Source of the DNA: Eledone cirrhosa
Lineage: Eukaryota
DNA: 64,000 bases
Direction of reading: 5' to 3'
NCBI GenBank assembly: GCA_964016885.1
Contig: OZ024744.1
Location: forward strand, 83,328,001 to 83,392,000
The translations under genes were made by a program, and so were the position numbers. Of this stretch, positions 31,070 to 44,308 are shown piece after piece; the first letter of the stretch is position 1, and each line of letters starts with the position of its first letter. The notes under the pieces are model-generated. The model was given only the letters and a program-made list of their open reading frames with translations. It had not been told where the DNA came from and searched no databases.

Positions 31070-31285
31070 CGGGAGTGAAAGCCCGCCAGGTGTTGTCACA
31101 ACACCTTTATAGGAGAGGGAAACTCTGAAAAAAAAAAACCCGCGTCTTCGGAAGCATCCAATGATGTTGATCAGTTATCCTTTTCGGGTAGTGTTTTCGA
31201 TGCTCTCAGAGTGGGATTGGTCGTGTGCAAGGCCTTTACTCACTTAAAAAAACCTCCAAAGCATAGGCATTGCTTGTTCAGGATC
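31070..31285 (+). mobile_element. Diverged fragment related to the 41138/54415 repeat, opposite orientation
   Basis: gatgttgatc..., ctcagagtgggattgg...gtgca, ctcactt...aggcattgc are reverse complements of motifs in 41150-41300. Confidence 0.55.
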
Positions 31286-31367
31286 TGTCACAAGCGATTG
31301 CAATACTCTTAACAGAGCTTGCAGCCATCATGTATGTATGTTTGTATGTTTATATATATATATGTTT

Positions 31368-31401
<34 letters not shown>

Positions 31402-31463
31402 ATACATATATATATATATACATATACATATATATATATACTTATACATATATATACATATAC

Positions 31464-31541
<78 letters not shown>

Positions 31542-31892
31542 TAATGTGAGCATTAATATATATATTATTATGGGTGCATGTCTATGTGTGTCTCTATCAG
31601 ATATATATCATATGCGTATTTATGTTTACAATGAACTAATATCAAGGGTTGTTCAGGTTAAGTTCCTTTCTGTATGTAATCTACATTTGACAAACTAAGA
31701 CCAATTAAATAATTGCAAGAATGAAGTAAGTACTAAGATCAATATGATCGACTAAAATTTAAATGCAATATTCTGGAGCATTCACAAAAACTTTGGAAGA
31801 ATCAGTAAATGGTTGTCTGTGGTATGATAAATATATGGTTCGAATCCTGTAGTTTCTGTAAGCATTTCTCAGCCAATGTTGTAAATATAGAA

Positions 31893-32070
31893 AATAATTG
31901 TTTCTACTTTTAGCACAAGGCCAGCAATTACCCAGTGTATTACTGGTACTTAATTTTATCGACCCCGTAAGGATGAAAGGCAAAGTTAACCTCGGCGGGA
32001 TTTGAACTCAGAATGGCAAGGGCCGTAACTCTATGCGTCAAATCATGGCGCCCGACCCTCTACCGATACT
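31893..32070 (-). mobile_element. SINE family A, short form
   Basis: Reverse-complement consensus match. Confidence 0.9.
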
Positions 32071-32235
32071 ATTTGCAATAATTATAAAACTTGAACCGTT
32101 TATATTTCAATTATTATATATCTTTTGTCCTCTTTCGATTTTCTATAGGACTAGATTAGTTCTAGTTATGTAGAAGCCTTTTCTATATCATATTTTGTTG
32201 TATATACTCTAGTAATATATTGAGTACCTTACTTC

Positions 32236-32270
<35 letters not shown>

Positions 32271-32293
32271 AGTGGTTACACAACAGTTAGTTC

Positions 32294-32351
32294 ACCATAC
32301 CGAGAACAATTGTTTCACCTTAGCGGTTCCTCAGCTCGTAATGGACATGGT
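32294..32351 (-). ncRNA. Minimal type I hammerhead ribozyme
   Basis: accat..cgag-CTGAGGA-acc gctaa ggt-GAAA-caattg-TT-ctcg gt atggt; GUU triplet; same family as 44689-44746. Confidence 0.85.
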
Positions 32352-32409
32352 TATACGACACATGGAATGAGTGCTCTACCACTACGGATATTACCTTCCA
32401 GTGTTCTAC

Positions 32410-32462
<53 letters not shown>

Positions 32463-32563
32463 TATTTGTGACATTATATCTATCATGTATTATGTGCCCC
32501 CTACTTGTCCTTCTTCATTGTTTTGGTGTCTAGGCTCGATGGAGCCTGCAACCTTTGATATAC

Positions 32564-32628
32564 TTTTGTTTATAGGTTCTGATGATTCCTACCCTAGGGT
32601 ATGGATGAAACACTGTTAGCAAATAAAA
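32564..32628 (+). ncRNA. Minimal type I hammerhead ribozyme
   Basis: ttttgttt atag gtt-CTGATGA-ttcctaccc ta gggtatggat-GAAA-cactg-TT-agc aaataaaa; stem I interrupted by a bulge. Confidence 0.75.
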
Positions 32629-32772
32629 CAATGTTTAAAGCACTCTTTGGTTATTCCTAAACTTATAACGGCTCTGTAGTATACTAGTTATCCTACATTG
32701 AACTAAAACCACACTGTCATACCAAGGACAATATATCTGTATGTCTGTGTACGTTAGTATAATTGTCAACGA

Positions 32773-32807
<35 letters not shown>

Positions 32808-33267
32808 GAATGGAAAACGAAAAATCAGTGATGCATCGGAACTTAATTTATTGTGTGTTACAATTATTTCCCCCGCAAACAGCTCGAAGTGCGATATGTG
32901 TTTGGATCTACCTGACTCTAGACTCGCAGGTTCCTCGGACACGTCTATTGATTTCGGATCATATCCTCTTTCTGGGGTTTTCCGGCTCTACAAGCCTATA
33001 TCGTCCACCTTCATCCGCTTTGCCTGTCCTTGGGTTGGTCACTGGTTAGTTACGTGATCATTATTCTGACCACTTGTAGCAGCCCGCTGACCGTCAGGGC
33101 ATGAGCTGTCACTCACCTACTGCCCCGTCGGCAAAATTACTGCTGTTTCTCAGCTCACACTCCCACTCGCACACACACACACACACAGAGGCACACGCGC
33201 GTGTATATATACGCACGCATATACACAGACACACACACATACACGCACCCGTATATATATATACATG

Positions 33268-33299
<32 letters not shown>

Positions 33300-33495
33300 T
33301 CCGTAATTATACATACACATACACTCGCACACACACACATGCACATCTGCACATACATATGCATACATACACATATACACATACATATATATATACACAC
33401 ACACCCACCCACACGCCCACACACACGCATACATACATACATACGTCTACACACATATACACACACGTACACACACACACACATATATATATATG

Positions 33496-33529
<34 letters not shown>

Positions 33530-33635
33530 CACACATACCCCAATACATTTTTTTCCCTGAACGTGTGCATACACACACACACAGACTCGCACATATATTC
33601 TTACACATATGTGTATATATATATGTATATATATA

Positions 33636-33819
33636 TAGGAAAAAGTATGACCCCGTAGGCAGAGCTCAAGCCGTTTCGACAGCGTCCAGAAATAGCAGTC
33701 GAAACGGCTTGAGCTCTGCCGTCGGGGTCATACTTTTTCTTATTTCCCACTCTACTACCCTAAGTATTGAGTACTCTGGTGCGTTATGGTCCATCTGGTT
33801 CCTTACCACATTTCCTTCG

Positions 33820-33822
<3 letters not shown>
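33636..33822 (+). mobile_element. Fold-back repeat family P1
   Basis: Palindrome with an asymmetric junction at about 33683 (gacagc|gtccagaaatagcagtc), then the P1 tail. Confidence 0.85.
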
Positions 33823-33893
<71 letters not shown>

Positions 33894-33898
<5 letters not shown>

Positions 33899-33940
33899 TA
33901 ACAGATTAAAGTTTAAGCAAAGAATCGCTGCTTTCACCCT
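33894..33940 (-). mobile_element. Family P2 fragment ending inside hammerhead stem II
   Basis: taacagattaaagtttaagcaaagaatcgctgctttcaccct, then unrelated sequence. Confidence 0.8.
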
Positions 33941-34429
33941 CAATAATCTAAATAATGGTGAGACCGAATCAGTAGAATGCCTCACAAACTATTCTGTAGA
34001 AATTACAGTAATTACTAAAATTCCATTATGATTTGAGTTCAAATCACATCGGAGTCGAATTCTACTGATCACCGCTGCTGTGTCGACAAAATAACTACCT
34101 GCAGTAAACTAAACTAGCGATCGATTAATTCAATCAGACATAATCCATTAACATAGTGTTTTCCAATTTTGTTTAATCATGTTAGCAATATCCATAACTA
34201 CTACTAGTAATTAATAAGTGGTTCTAATATTTGCACAAAACCAACAATATTTTGTGGTGTTGGTGATGGTGTTGGTAAGGAAACATAATTATATCGACTC
34301 CAATATTTGACTGGTACTTAATTTAATGGGCCCTATAAGCCCCACTCTTTTTTGTGTTTTATTTGTCTGTCCTTGTATCATCCTCTGATACAAAATTAGA
34401 TACAATTACAGCGACATCTGCTATGTGGC

Positions 34430-35306
34430 TTGAGTGAACGGCCCCCCTCTTGGAACCATTCAACATCATGCACTCGGTCCACTAAGTTTGTCCCCTCTCG
34501 TTTCTATTGTATGTATTGACCCTCGACTTATTACTGCATAAATTGGAGACGTTGAAATGCAAGGGGCATCCAAGTCAGCATATGCCGACGGCGTCACCAG
34601 GAAAAGTCGGTGAGCCTGCAGCTCAGCACATGGGGAGTCAGGTCCATGCCGTTCAATAGCGTCATCGGACGATGGATGGACCGGCTAAATTGATCGGTTT
34701 GGCTCAGACATCCAAAGAAAAGAATTTGGAGGGGAAGGTGAGGCCGTTTTTATCTGTCTGGTGGCCATGTTGAAGGAAGTCATGTGTTGGACGCATTTGA
34801 AAGGGTTGAAGACAAGCATTTTCTTCTTCGGCAAAGCCCTGATTAACCTTTTCAGTTTTAACTTGAAGAGAAAAATCAAAGCGGAAAGGGTAGCGCTTCT
34901 TTCCAACCAGTTTGTTGAAATGTGGGTGAGAAAGGCTAGGAAACGCCCCTGTGAATGTGCCTGCGCTGAGCATGCATCTGTAAATTTTAGGAGGACGACT
35001 GGGAGAAGTCACTTGCCCCAGCGATCAGGATAACCATGGCTTTTTGTGTGCTCGCTCCGCGAGTGACCCTCGGACGTCTTCCCGTAGTGAGACATTTGTT
35101 TTGTTTGAATTCTTAAATGTTTAATTTTTAGTTTTTATTACAAACTTCTTCAAAACAAAATCCCACACTCTTCCGTCTTGTTACTTCATCTGCCGTCATC
35201 TACCGTCATCTTCCGTCTTGTTCCGTCACTGCCGTTATCTGCCGTCATCTGCCGTCTATATTGTTATTTTATTTAATGTGAGCCCTGTGTGGCTAATAAA
35301 GAAAAC
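34430..35306 (+). mobile_element. Decayed, internally deleted L1/Tx1-like LINE (RT remnant, C-terminus, 3' UTR)
   Basis: tgtcccctctcg...ttgtatgtattg reads CPLS.LLYVL; gcatatgccgacggcgtcacc reads AYADGVT (degenerate YADD); GEGEAVFICLVAMLKEVMCWTHLKGL is homologous to 1843-2235; same 3' end ccctgtgtggctaataaagaaa. Confidence 0.8.
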
Positions 35307-35499
35307 ATCTAATCTGGCCCAGTTTACACTTGCAAATAAGAAGAACCAGGGCTTTGGATTTGGTGTACTTCATATTTGATTCGGTTGCTGAATATAATCA
35401 GGGGTCGCTGCTTCTCCTGAAAATCAATAGTTCTCTTCTAACTCGAACAGGAGCGCTTTTCCCTCGTCAATTTTATTAATATAAATATTGCGACGGAGG

Positions 35500-35912
35500 A
35501 TTTTCAGTATCGGTAGAGCGTCGGACACCATGCTTCGTAGCATAGAGTTACAGCTCTTTGCGTTGTGAGTCCAAATTCCGCCAAGGTTAGCTTTGCTTTT
35601 CATCCTTATAGGGTCGATAAAATAAAGGACCAGTAATACACTGAGGTAGATTTAATCGACTTTCCTCTCCCCTTCAAATTGCTGACTTTGTGTCTAAAGT
35701 AGAAACAATTATTATTATTAGGGCGGTGGATTCGTAGTATCGATAGAACGTCGGACATAATGCTTTGCGGCATATAGTTACGTCCCATTTCGTTCTGAGT
35801 TCAAATGTCACCGAAGTGAGTTTCGCCTTTCATTCTTACGGGGTCGATAAAATAAAGTACCAGTAACACTGGGATAATTGCTGGCCTTGTGACAAAAGTA
35901 GAAACAATTATT
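35500..35912 (+). mobile_element. Two head-to-tail SINE family A copies
   Basis: Long form about 35500-35718, short form about 35720-35912. Confidence 0.9.
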
Positions 35913-36465
35913 TAGCTTAATTTTGCGTCCTTTCTTCTACAATCAGACAGATATGTGCGTCATTTTTTTTTACTTCTTCCATTTTAATTAGAATGGGATA
36001 TTATCAAATGTAAATTGAATCTCTTAATAAAGGAGAGAGAAGAAATAATAAATAAAGACACACACTCACACACACACACACATATACACATACAGGCATA
36101 CATATACACTTTGAAAAGGAAAATGATTGAAGAATAACCATATTTTGCTGAGTAGCTATTTAACTGAATAATATAAAATTGTATACACATGCACGCTCAC
36201 ACTCATCCTCTCCCTTTCACATACACATATGTTTATAATGTATTCTTTATATATCATATATGTGTGTGTACAGGTATTTACATCTACGTGACAGTAATTG
36301 CTTCGATTGCATAACTTCATCTAAATTATGGCATATCGACTATATGAGACTCACGTATACATAATAATGAATACAGGCACACACATATACACAAACACAC
36401 ATGTGCACACACGCATACATACATATAATATACATGATATATATATGTATATATATGTATACATG

Positions 36466-36501
<36 letters not shown>

Positions 36502-36565
36502 CATATATATGTATATATATATAAATATATATAAATATTTATATATGCACATATGTATACATACG

Positions 36566-36613
<48 letters not shown>

Positions 36614-36614
36614 C

Positions 36615-36650
<36 letters not shown>

Positions 36651-36929
36651 TGCATGAGACGGTATTAAATTGATGAGCATCATCTATACTAAAACTGTAT
36701 GTAATTTATAAAAGTTGACATTACTAAATAATTTATTTGCTCTAGTGAGAAACAATAAAGCTTTATTTTAAAAAATTCATTACTGTTTTTATTTCTAATG
36801 AGAAAAACTGCGATATATAAATTAGTTAATTATAAATTATAACCTAATATGTATGTATATATATATGTGTGTGTGTGTATATATGTGTATATGTATATAT
36901 ATGTGTATATGTATATATATGTGTATATG

Positions 36930-37031
<102 letters not shown>

Positions 37032-37573
37032 TTAGTGTTTTTAAAAGAAATAGCAGTAAAGACTGAAAGAAAATATTTCTAGAAAAAATACCGGTGCAGA
37101 GATTTTTTTTTCCAGTGATACCAGTTCTAGTAATTAATTAGAAAACTGATCTTAAAAGTAACAAATAACAACAATAAAACAAATTTTAAAAAAACACCAC
37201 TATAAGTAAAAAAAATATGAAGTAAATAAATTCAAAAAGCGAAAAAACTCTTATTTTTTTTTTTTTTTCAAAATCTTCATAATATTTATCACTCTCGTAA
37301 AAGTAGTTAACTGTTTTCGTTGTAAGATGAGGATGGACGTGTCTGCTAGATACTTATAAAAATTCAGTAACTATGCAACGTAAGCGACAAAGCTTGCGTG
37401 AAAGAAAGCAAAAGGGGAGATAAAGGACACATACACACAGATATATATATATATATATGTACATGTGTTTGTAAGTATATATACATAAAGTATATATATA
37501 TATGTACAATATATATATATATACAATATATATATATATGTATATATATATTTACACACATATATATGTATAT

Positions 37574-37626
<53 letters not shown>

Positions 37627-37688
37627 ATATATATATGTATATATATATATTTACACACACACATATATATGTATATATATATATATAC

Positions 37689-37747
<59 letters not shown>

Positions 37748-37993
37748 ATATATATATATGTATATATATATATTTACACACACACATATATATGTATATA
37801 TATATATATACATATATATATACATACATATATATACATATATACATACATACATATATATATATAAATAGAAAAAAATGAAATTTCATTTCTCATACGT
37901 ACATATATATGTGTGCATGTATGTATATACATACTACTGTACGTATGTATACATATATGCATGTACGTATACATACTTATATTTATATATATT

Positions 37994-38060
<67 letters not shown>

Positions 38061-38349
38061 CACATATATGTTTGTGTGTCAATCGTAAAAAAAGGAGTTA
38101 ATACACTTGACGACAGAGTGTCAAAGTCTTGTATTAAGAATTACTAACAACTTGCAAGATGTTTCATCAGTAGAGAATAAAAAATAATTCCGGTATGATC
38201 AAAGTATCCCTTGTAATATAATTATCATGATTTTTGTTATTATTTTTACCCCTCCCCAGAGAAAATATTTTAAAGATAAATGACAAAAAACAATGTTGTT
38301 TCCGATCAAAATGAAGCGAGAGTGTATTAGAATACATATAAAAATGAGA

Positions 38350-38875
38350 AAACTCAATGCTAGAACAGACGTTAAAACAGCTAAATGCTGTCAAAGACGG
38401 CAATGGGCAAAAATGCCTCTGAGAACAAAGTCAGTGGCCAGTGGTCAACAGAGAGATAATCGACAATGTGGGGGACAGGCAGATGAAATATAGAAAAGAT
38501 TGAAAGAGGAGGATGATAAGGAGAAGTGTGTTGGTGCATAGAAGTGACTGGAAGCAGGAAATAAAGAAAGATGATGCACAAGACAAGTTTATACACACAC
38601 ATCTTCCCCATCATCAGCTATAAAACCAGTAAAATATCTGTTTGTAAACTTCTCTTTCTTTATTTCCTTCTTCCAGTCACTTCTGTACGCCAACATACGC
38701 CTCCTTATCACCCTCCTCTTTCAATCATTCCTATATTTCATCTGCCTGTCACCAACCTTTTGGATTGTCTCTCTGTTGACCACTTGCCGCTGGTTTCTGT
38801 CATCTGAAGCATTTTTGCTTATCGCTGTCTTTGACAATTTTAACTGTCTAAATGTTTCTCTTGTGTTTCGTTTCT
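38350..38875. repeat. Old, diverged inverted repeat with arms of about 240 bp
   Basis: gacaggcagatgaaatatag...gattgaaagaggagg...agaagtgactggaag is mirrored at 38655-38750; roughly 80% identity by eye; spacer about 40 bp. Confidence 0.9.
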
Positions 38876-40577
38876 TTAAATTAAATTTACCCTTCGTTAA
38901 ACAGGCACAGTGAAAATATATACCAAATTACAATGAGTTAAGTTGTTTGCCACAACACCCTTAACGAATGTGCTCTAGCCTGGTCGCAGTGCATTGGCTG
39001 GGGTTATTAAAATACGAATTAAATATTAAATAAACGTTACTTCAAGGTTTTGGGTAAGCTATGATAAAACACAAAACACCTAGCTCCACTTTATGACTAG
39101 TATTTCCTTTCAATCATGTGTTATTTTTACGGAAATAATAAAGTTTCTACTTTCAAAAAATACATTCATACCATCTATTTAGCTATGACTGCTCAGTACG
39201 CTCTGGCAGTGATATTCCTAATTACACAATGATCACAAATTTTCCAATTACAAGGTACACCGTATTGACTAAGTCAGTGACTATTATATGTCTTGAGGAA
39301 GAAAAAATAATCTTAGAGTAAAAAAGTAATGATCTTACATGATCTGACGACACCGTAACGGTTTGACAAACAGGTTTTTCAATAAATATATACATTATTG
39401 CAAATTTCGTTAGCTTGCTGTTCTTTGCAAAAGAAAACAAATTCAGAAAACAAATATTTCCTATATATTTCCCCCCATTAGTATCACTATATGAAAATTA
39501 AATCTTCGGTTGTTTCAGACGATCTAAATGGGTTGTTAAATAAATAAATATATAAATAAATAAACATCGATAGATTTTCTGAAAGAATTATTGGTTATTT
39601 ACAAATGTATTTCTGTCAAACAGAAAAGAAGAAAAAAATATTACCATGTAGACATTCTGATCCATTAAATAAATTTGTGCTTCATCTTTTCGTCTCGTTT
39701 GATTTCTTAATATTTAAAATATAGGTGAGAATATGTTATTGGCTAATCAGCAAGATTCTGTCAGTTAATTATTGTTTTCAAGATTTCCTCATTTTCAGCT
39801 GATAAAGAATATAAATTCCTAGTATTGTATAATATTCTTAGAATAAGGATATTTCAAATCTATCCAATTAGTCTTCTATCTTTCTCTCGTCTTCAAAGTT
39901 AAAGAAAGTTTAATCAGTAGATAACTAATTTGTCATCAAGAATTCTACTCGTTGCTTATCAGTTGTGAATATCACCTTTACCGTCAGGGACTCAGATTGA
40001 AGCCTTCCTTCGCTTTATGGGAGTAAGTATATGACATTATATAGCTGCTCACTTTCTTTCTTTTTTCTTTCTTTCAATCTTTCTACATTCCCACCTCTCT
40101 TCTGTCTTTGTTTCTTTACTTCTGTATTTCATTCTTTATCTCTTTAATACCTTCTCTGCTTTCTCTTCTTCTTCTTTTGCTTCTTCTGGTTGTTTCTTTA
40201 ATCAACCAGTTTACTCAATCTGTAGACCAATGGAGAAGCTGACATACCTAGTAATAGGCTGTAAATAAATGAAGACGTTTTATTGTATATTTCGACAGCA
40301 CATCTATTTGTGAATTGTCTGAATTCAAATTCCTGCAGGGAATACATATCATTTCATTTAAGAAATGTTACTGCATGAAGACATCGTTTTGAATGAAAGT
40401 TTAAATTTACTTCCCCTAGATTTACATCATGAAATTGGAACTGAGATTTAGAAAATTCAGAGACGACGTTTTTTCACATACTCAATTTAAAGTTTAAAAT
40501 CGCTTCTAAAATCTAGTAACCGTGAAATAAATGGAGCATTTTACACGATTACCAGTAGGTTTACTAAATATACTGGG

Positions 40578-41128
40578 GCGCTGTGGATTGGCAGTATCGG
40601 TAGAGGGTCTGACGCTATGCTTTGCAGCAAAGAGTTACGCCCCTTTATGGTTTGAGTTCAAATCCCGCCGAGGTTAACTTTGCCTTTCATCCTTACGGGG
40701 TCGATAAAATAAAGTACCAGTAATGCACTGGATAATTGCTGGCCTTGTGCCAAAAGTAGAAACAATTATTACTATATAGAGTAATAATGGCGGTGGATTG
40801 GCAGTATCGGTAGAGGTTCGGACGCCATGCTTTGACGCATAGAGTTACGGCCCTTGCCATTCTGAGTTCAAATCCCGCCGAGGTTAACTTTGCCTTTCAT
40901 CCTTACGGGGTCGATAAAATAAAGTACCAGTAATGTACTGGGTAATTTTCTGGCCTTGTGCCAATAGTAGAAACAATTATTACTATATAGAGTTACGGCC
41001 ATTTACGCTCTGAGTTCAAATCCCGACGAGGTTAACTTTGCCTTTCATCCTTACATGGTCGATAAAATAAAGTACCAGTAATGTACTGGGTATTTGCTGG
41101 CCTTGTGCCAAAAGTAGAAAGAATTATT
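40578..41128 (+). mobile_element. Three head-to-tail young SINE family A copies
   Basis: About 40578-40772, 40788-40983 and 40987-41128 (5'-truncated), near identical. Confidence 0.95.
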
Positions 41129-41137
41129 AATAATTAT

Positions 41138-41693
41138 GAATTAATTCTATCGTGCAATGCCTGTCCGTGAAGATATTTTGTAAAGTGAGAAAAAATTGTG
41201 CACTGAGCCAATCCCACTTTCTGAGCGACAGTAGCTATAACCCAAAACGAGGAAAAGATCAACATCTTCGGAAACTACTGAATCGCAGGTTTTATATCGG
41301 AGTTATCCTAGTTTCCTGAGTTACCTTCTCCTAGAAGAATGCCCTGACACAGGCTAGGGGTCCTTCCCTCCCAGTGGTTTAACCGCGCGATCGGGTATCC
41401 AGCCCGACTATTTCTATGTCCCCGCGCATATACATACACATGCACCCATGTATATACATATATACATACATATGTACAAGTGTATATACATATTTACACA
41501 CTTTTGCATGGCCGTTGACCCTTATGAGTTCTTCCGCCCTTTGTCAGGTTTTGCTTTTTGTCTTGCAGGGTGTCCAAAATCACCCTTCTCACCAAGTAAA
41601 CTTGATGGGTTGCCAGTTTAGTCGCCGACGACCCGACCATGCGACAGGTTGTACTGGGTTACATGTTACCAGTAGCACTCAAGAGTGACCCGA
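41138..41693 (-). mobile_element. About 550-bp non-coding interspersed repeat (probable non-autonomous non-LTR element)
   Basis: Colinear with 54415-54880; one end is an AATT/TAA-rich tail; orientation inferred from that tail. Confidence 0.7.
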
Positions 41694-42067
41694 AATATAT
41701 ACATACATATACACATACATATATACATATATACATACATATATAGATATACATACATACATATATATACATACATACATAGATACATACATACATGCAT
41801 ACATACATACATACATACATACATACATACATACATACATACATACATACATACATACATACATACATACATACATACATACATACATACATACATACAT
41901 ACGCATATATATAAATGTAGACATTTTTATTTATATAAAAATACAAATACAATATCAAAATATTAATTAAAGAACTGAGTGCGTGAAGTAAAGATATACA
42001 CTCTGTATCAGAGTTGCCGGAATTTTAAAGTAACTGTTACCATTTGAATATGGGTATATGTTTTTTT

Positions 42068-42655
42068 AGCATGCGACAGCGGCCACACCCCGGTAAACCG
42101 CCTTGGCTGGCGGGCCGAACCATGTTGAGGGTACTCGGACGGGTCTGAAACCCTCCGGTGAGTTAGATAGTGGATATCTGCCCCTGTATGCGAAGACAGG
42201 GCCCGGCAGAGTGAGTGAAGGAGGACAACATCGTCCCGACAGTCTCGAAGGCGGCGACAGCAAGCGGTGTGGGGCGCTAGGGCACGGCAAGGCACTACAG
42301 ACGTCGTGGCCATCCACTGCAGCCAAGGAAATCCCTGGTCGTGACGGTCCTCCGTACCACCGGATTCTAGCTACTGCGGCCGAGTGAGTGGGACCGTCAC
42401 TGTGCACTGGCCCTCCCACTATAAACCTTTCCCGCACAGGTTTCTTCTTTAGCGGACACTCCCAAAGCCCTGCGGCGATGGGCGCGAGGTGGAGGTAACC
42501 CCTGGGAGTTGCCAGTCTGACTCCGGTCTCTTCCCCTGCCCCCACTGTCCTCGGACTTGCAAGTCAAGAATCAGCCTCCACAGCCACCTTCGTGCCCACG
42601 GCAGACGGGAACAATAATAAAGAAGATGTCATCATCGTTTACGATGGATAACCAG
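42068..42655 (+). mobile_element. Bipartite RTE-clade element: 5' UTR-like GC-rich block joined to the ORF 3' end
   Basis: 42531-42617 translates FPCPHCPRTCKSRISLHSHLRAHGRREQ*, matching the C-x2-C...SRIGL-x-SH terminal motif of RTE ORFs; upstream GC-rich block has no RT or endonuclease motifs. Confidence 0.75.
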
Positions 42656-42705
42656 GATATGTACATATATGTATAATACACAGACACACACTCACACACA
42701 CGCAC

Positions 42706-42754
<49 letters not shown>

Positions 42755-43020
42755 AATATATACATAAATACACGCACATATATATTCATATACACTCACA
42801 TATATGTGTGTGGAACGATGTAAGCTTCAGTATGACACAAGGGAAATCAACAAGTAATAGTTTTTAATCGATTTGGCGAATAAATATACGGGACTTCTAC
42901 ATATGTATGTATGTATGTATGTATGTATGCATGTATGTATGTATGTATGTATGTATGTATGTATGTATGTATGTATGTATGTATGTATGTATGTATGTAT
43001 GTATGTATGTATGTATGTAT

Positions 43021-44308
43021 TCTTCTGGTTTTATAATTTCACAATTTTTTTCCCAATAGAGAGAGTCAGTTTGTAACAGACACAAGACTCTCTCATTGGA
43101 ATTTACACAACATCAACTAGGTAGATTATGTATACATGCATGCATGTGTGGATATGGATGTTATTGTATGTGTGGATGTGTATATTTTGAGTTGTATGTG
43201 TGCATGTGTATATATGCTTTGTATCTGTACATGTGTATATGCAGTTATTAGATGCAAAATATTTGGAATGTTTTACATATTTTTTCTGTTCCATTAATGG
43301 ATTGTACTTGTAATTTCCTAACTAGTTGTGTTGTTTCTGTTCCTGTGAAGCATAGCTTCTAAAGATTTGTATTGAGGCAGTTACTAACATATCCCAGTGT
43401 CCCAGTAATCACAGGCATAAATCTGAAGGTGTAATCAGGGTGGAGTATCTGCAGTTTCTCATCAGTTCTGCATAAATATTCTCCTTTTCGCTAATCTTTT
43501 ATATTATATTGGCATCTGCTGGGCAGCTAATTTCCACTACTGTGCATGCTTTCTTCTCCCTGTCCCATATCATAATATCTGGTCTGTTATGCCTGCATTT
43601 TATTGGGGTTTTTACTGGAACATTCCACCAGTACTCTTTCATATTATGTACATGGATGTCTTCCACTTTGTTGTAGCTTTTAATGTGTTTATTATCGTGG
43701 CTATCTTTTTTACGAACTGCATTGTACAGTGTTTTGGCCACTACATCATGCCTCATAGGTAGATAGTACCGCGATGACATCTTTGGACAGCAGCTGATGA
43801 AATGGGTGATATCCTCGATGTTAGTTCTGCAGAGTCTGCACTTGTTATCACATGTAGGTGTTTTGCCTGCATCCCTATCTCTTTTGTGAATCAGGTATTT
43901 CGTGCTAATCCCTTGCTGTTCTTGGATTGCAAAAGCGTATCCTCCAAAGGATATAGCGGTTGTTGGTCCAAGATAGACTACTTTCCTTATCTATATTACT
44001 CTCACTCTGGAGCTTCCTGACAACATATCCATGCATGATTTTTTTGCTGATAAGCATGCAGTTTTTCATCCATGGATTCACTGCGATAATGCTGAGCGAC
44101 TTCCCTGAGTTTTTGATTATCACACAGGGAATATCTCTCGAGGAGTTCCTTCCCAACTCTCATGATCTTATCTGCTTCATGCAGATATACTTACTCGAGA
44201 GACGGGCTCTTACGCTTCGAGGTTCGTAGATGTTGTCGGAGGGATATGATGCGACATTCAAATGGTGTCTGGACTGATGTTAGGCCTCTGCCTCCCTGCT
44301 TACGTTTC
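43021..44308 (-). mobile_element. 5'-truncated R4/Dong-like non-LTR retrotransposon with restriction-like endonuclease, frameshifted
   Basis: KRKQGGRGL; CRLCRTNIEDITHFISCC (CCHC); RHDVVAK; NRPDIMIWDREKKACTVVEISCP (PD..E); (TATG)n on both sides. Confidence 0.88.

Noticed and set aside
38598-38637. CTGATGA (minus strand) in the spacer of the old inverted repeat
   Set aside because: No stem II or GAAA box follows it.
40578-41128. Regularly spaced repeats as a CRISPR array, or SINE heads as tRNA genes
   Set aside because: Units are about 190-bp SINEs with no unique spacers, there are no cas genes, and no complete cloverleaf forms.
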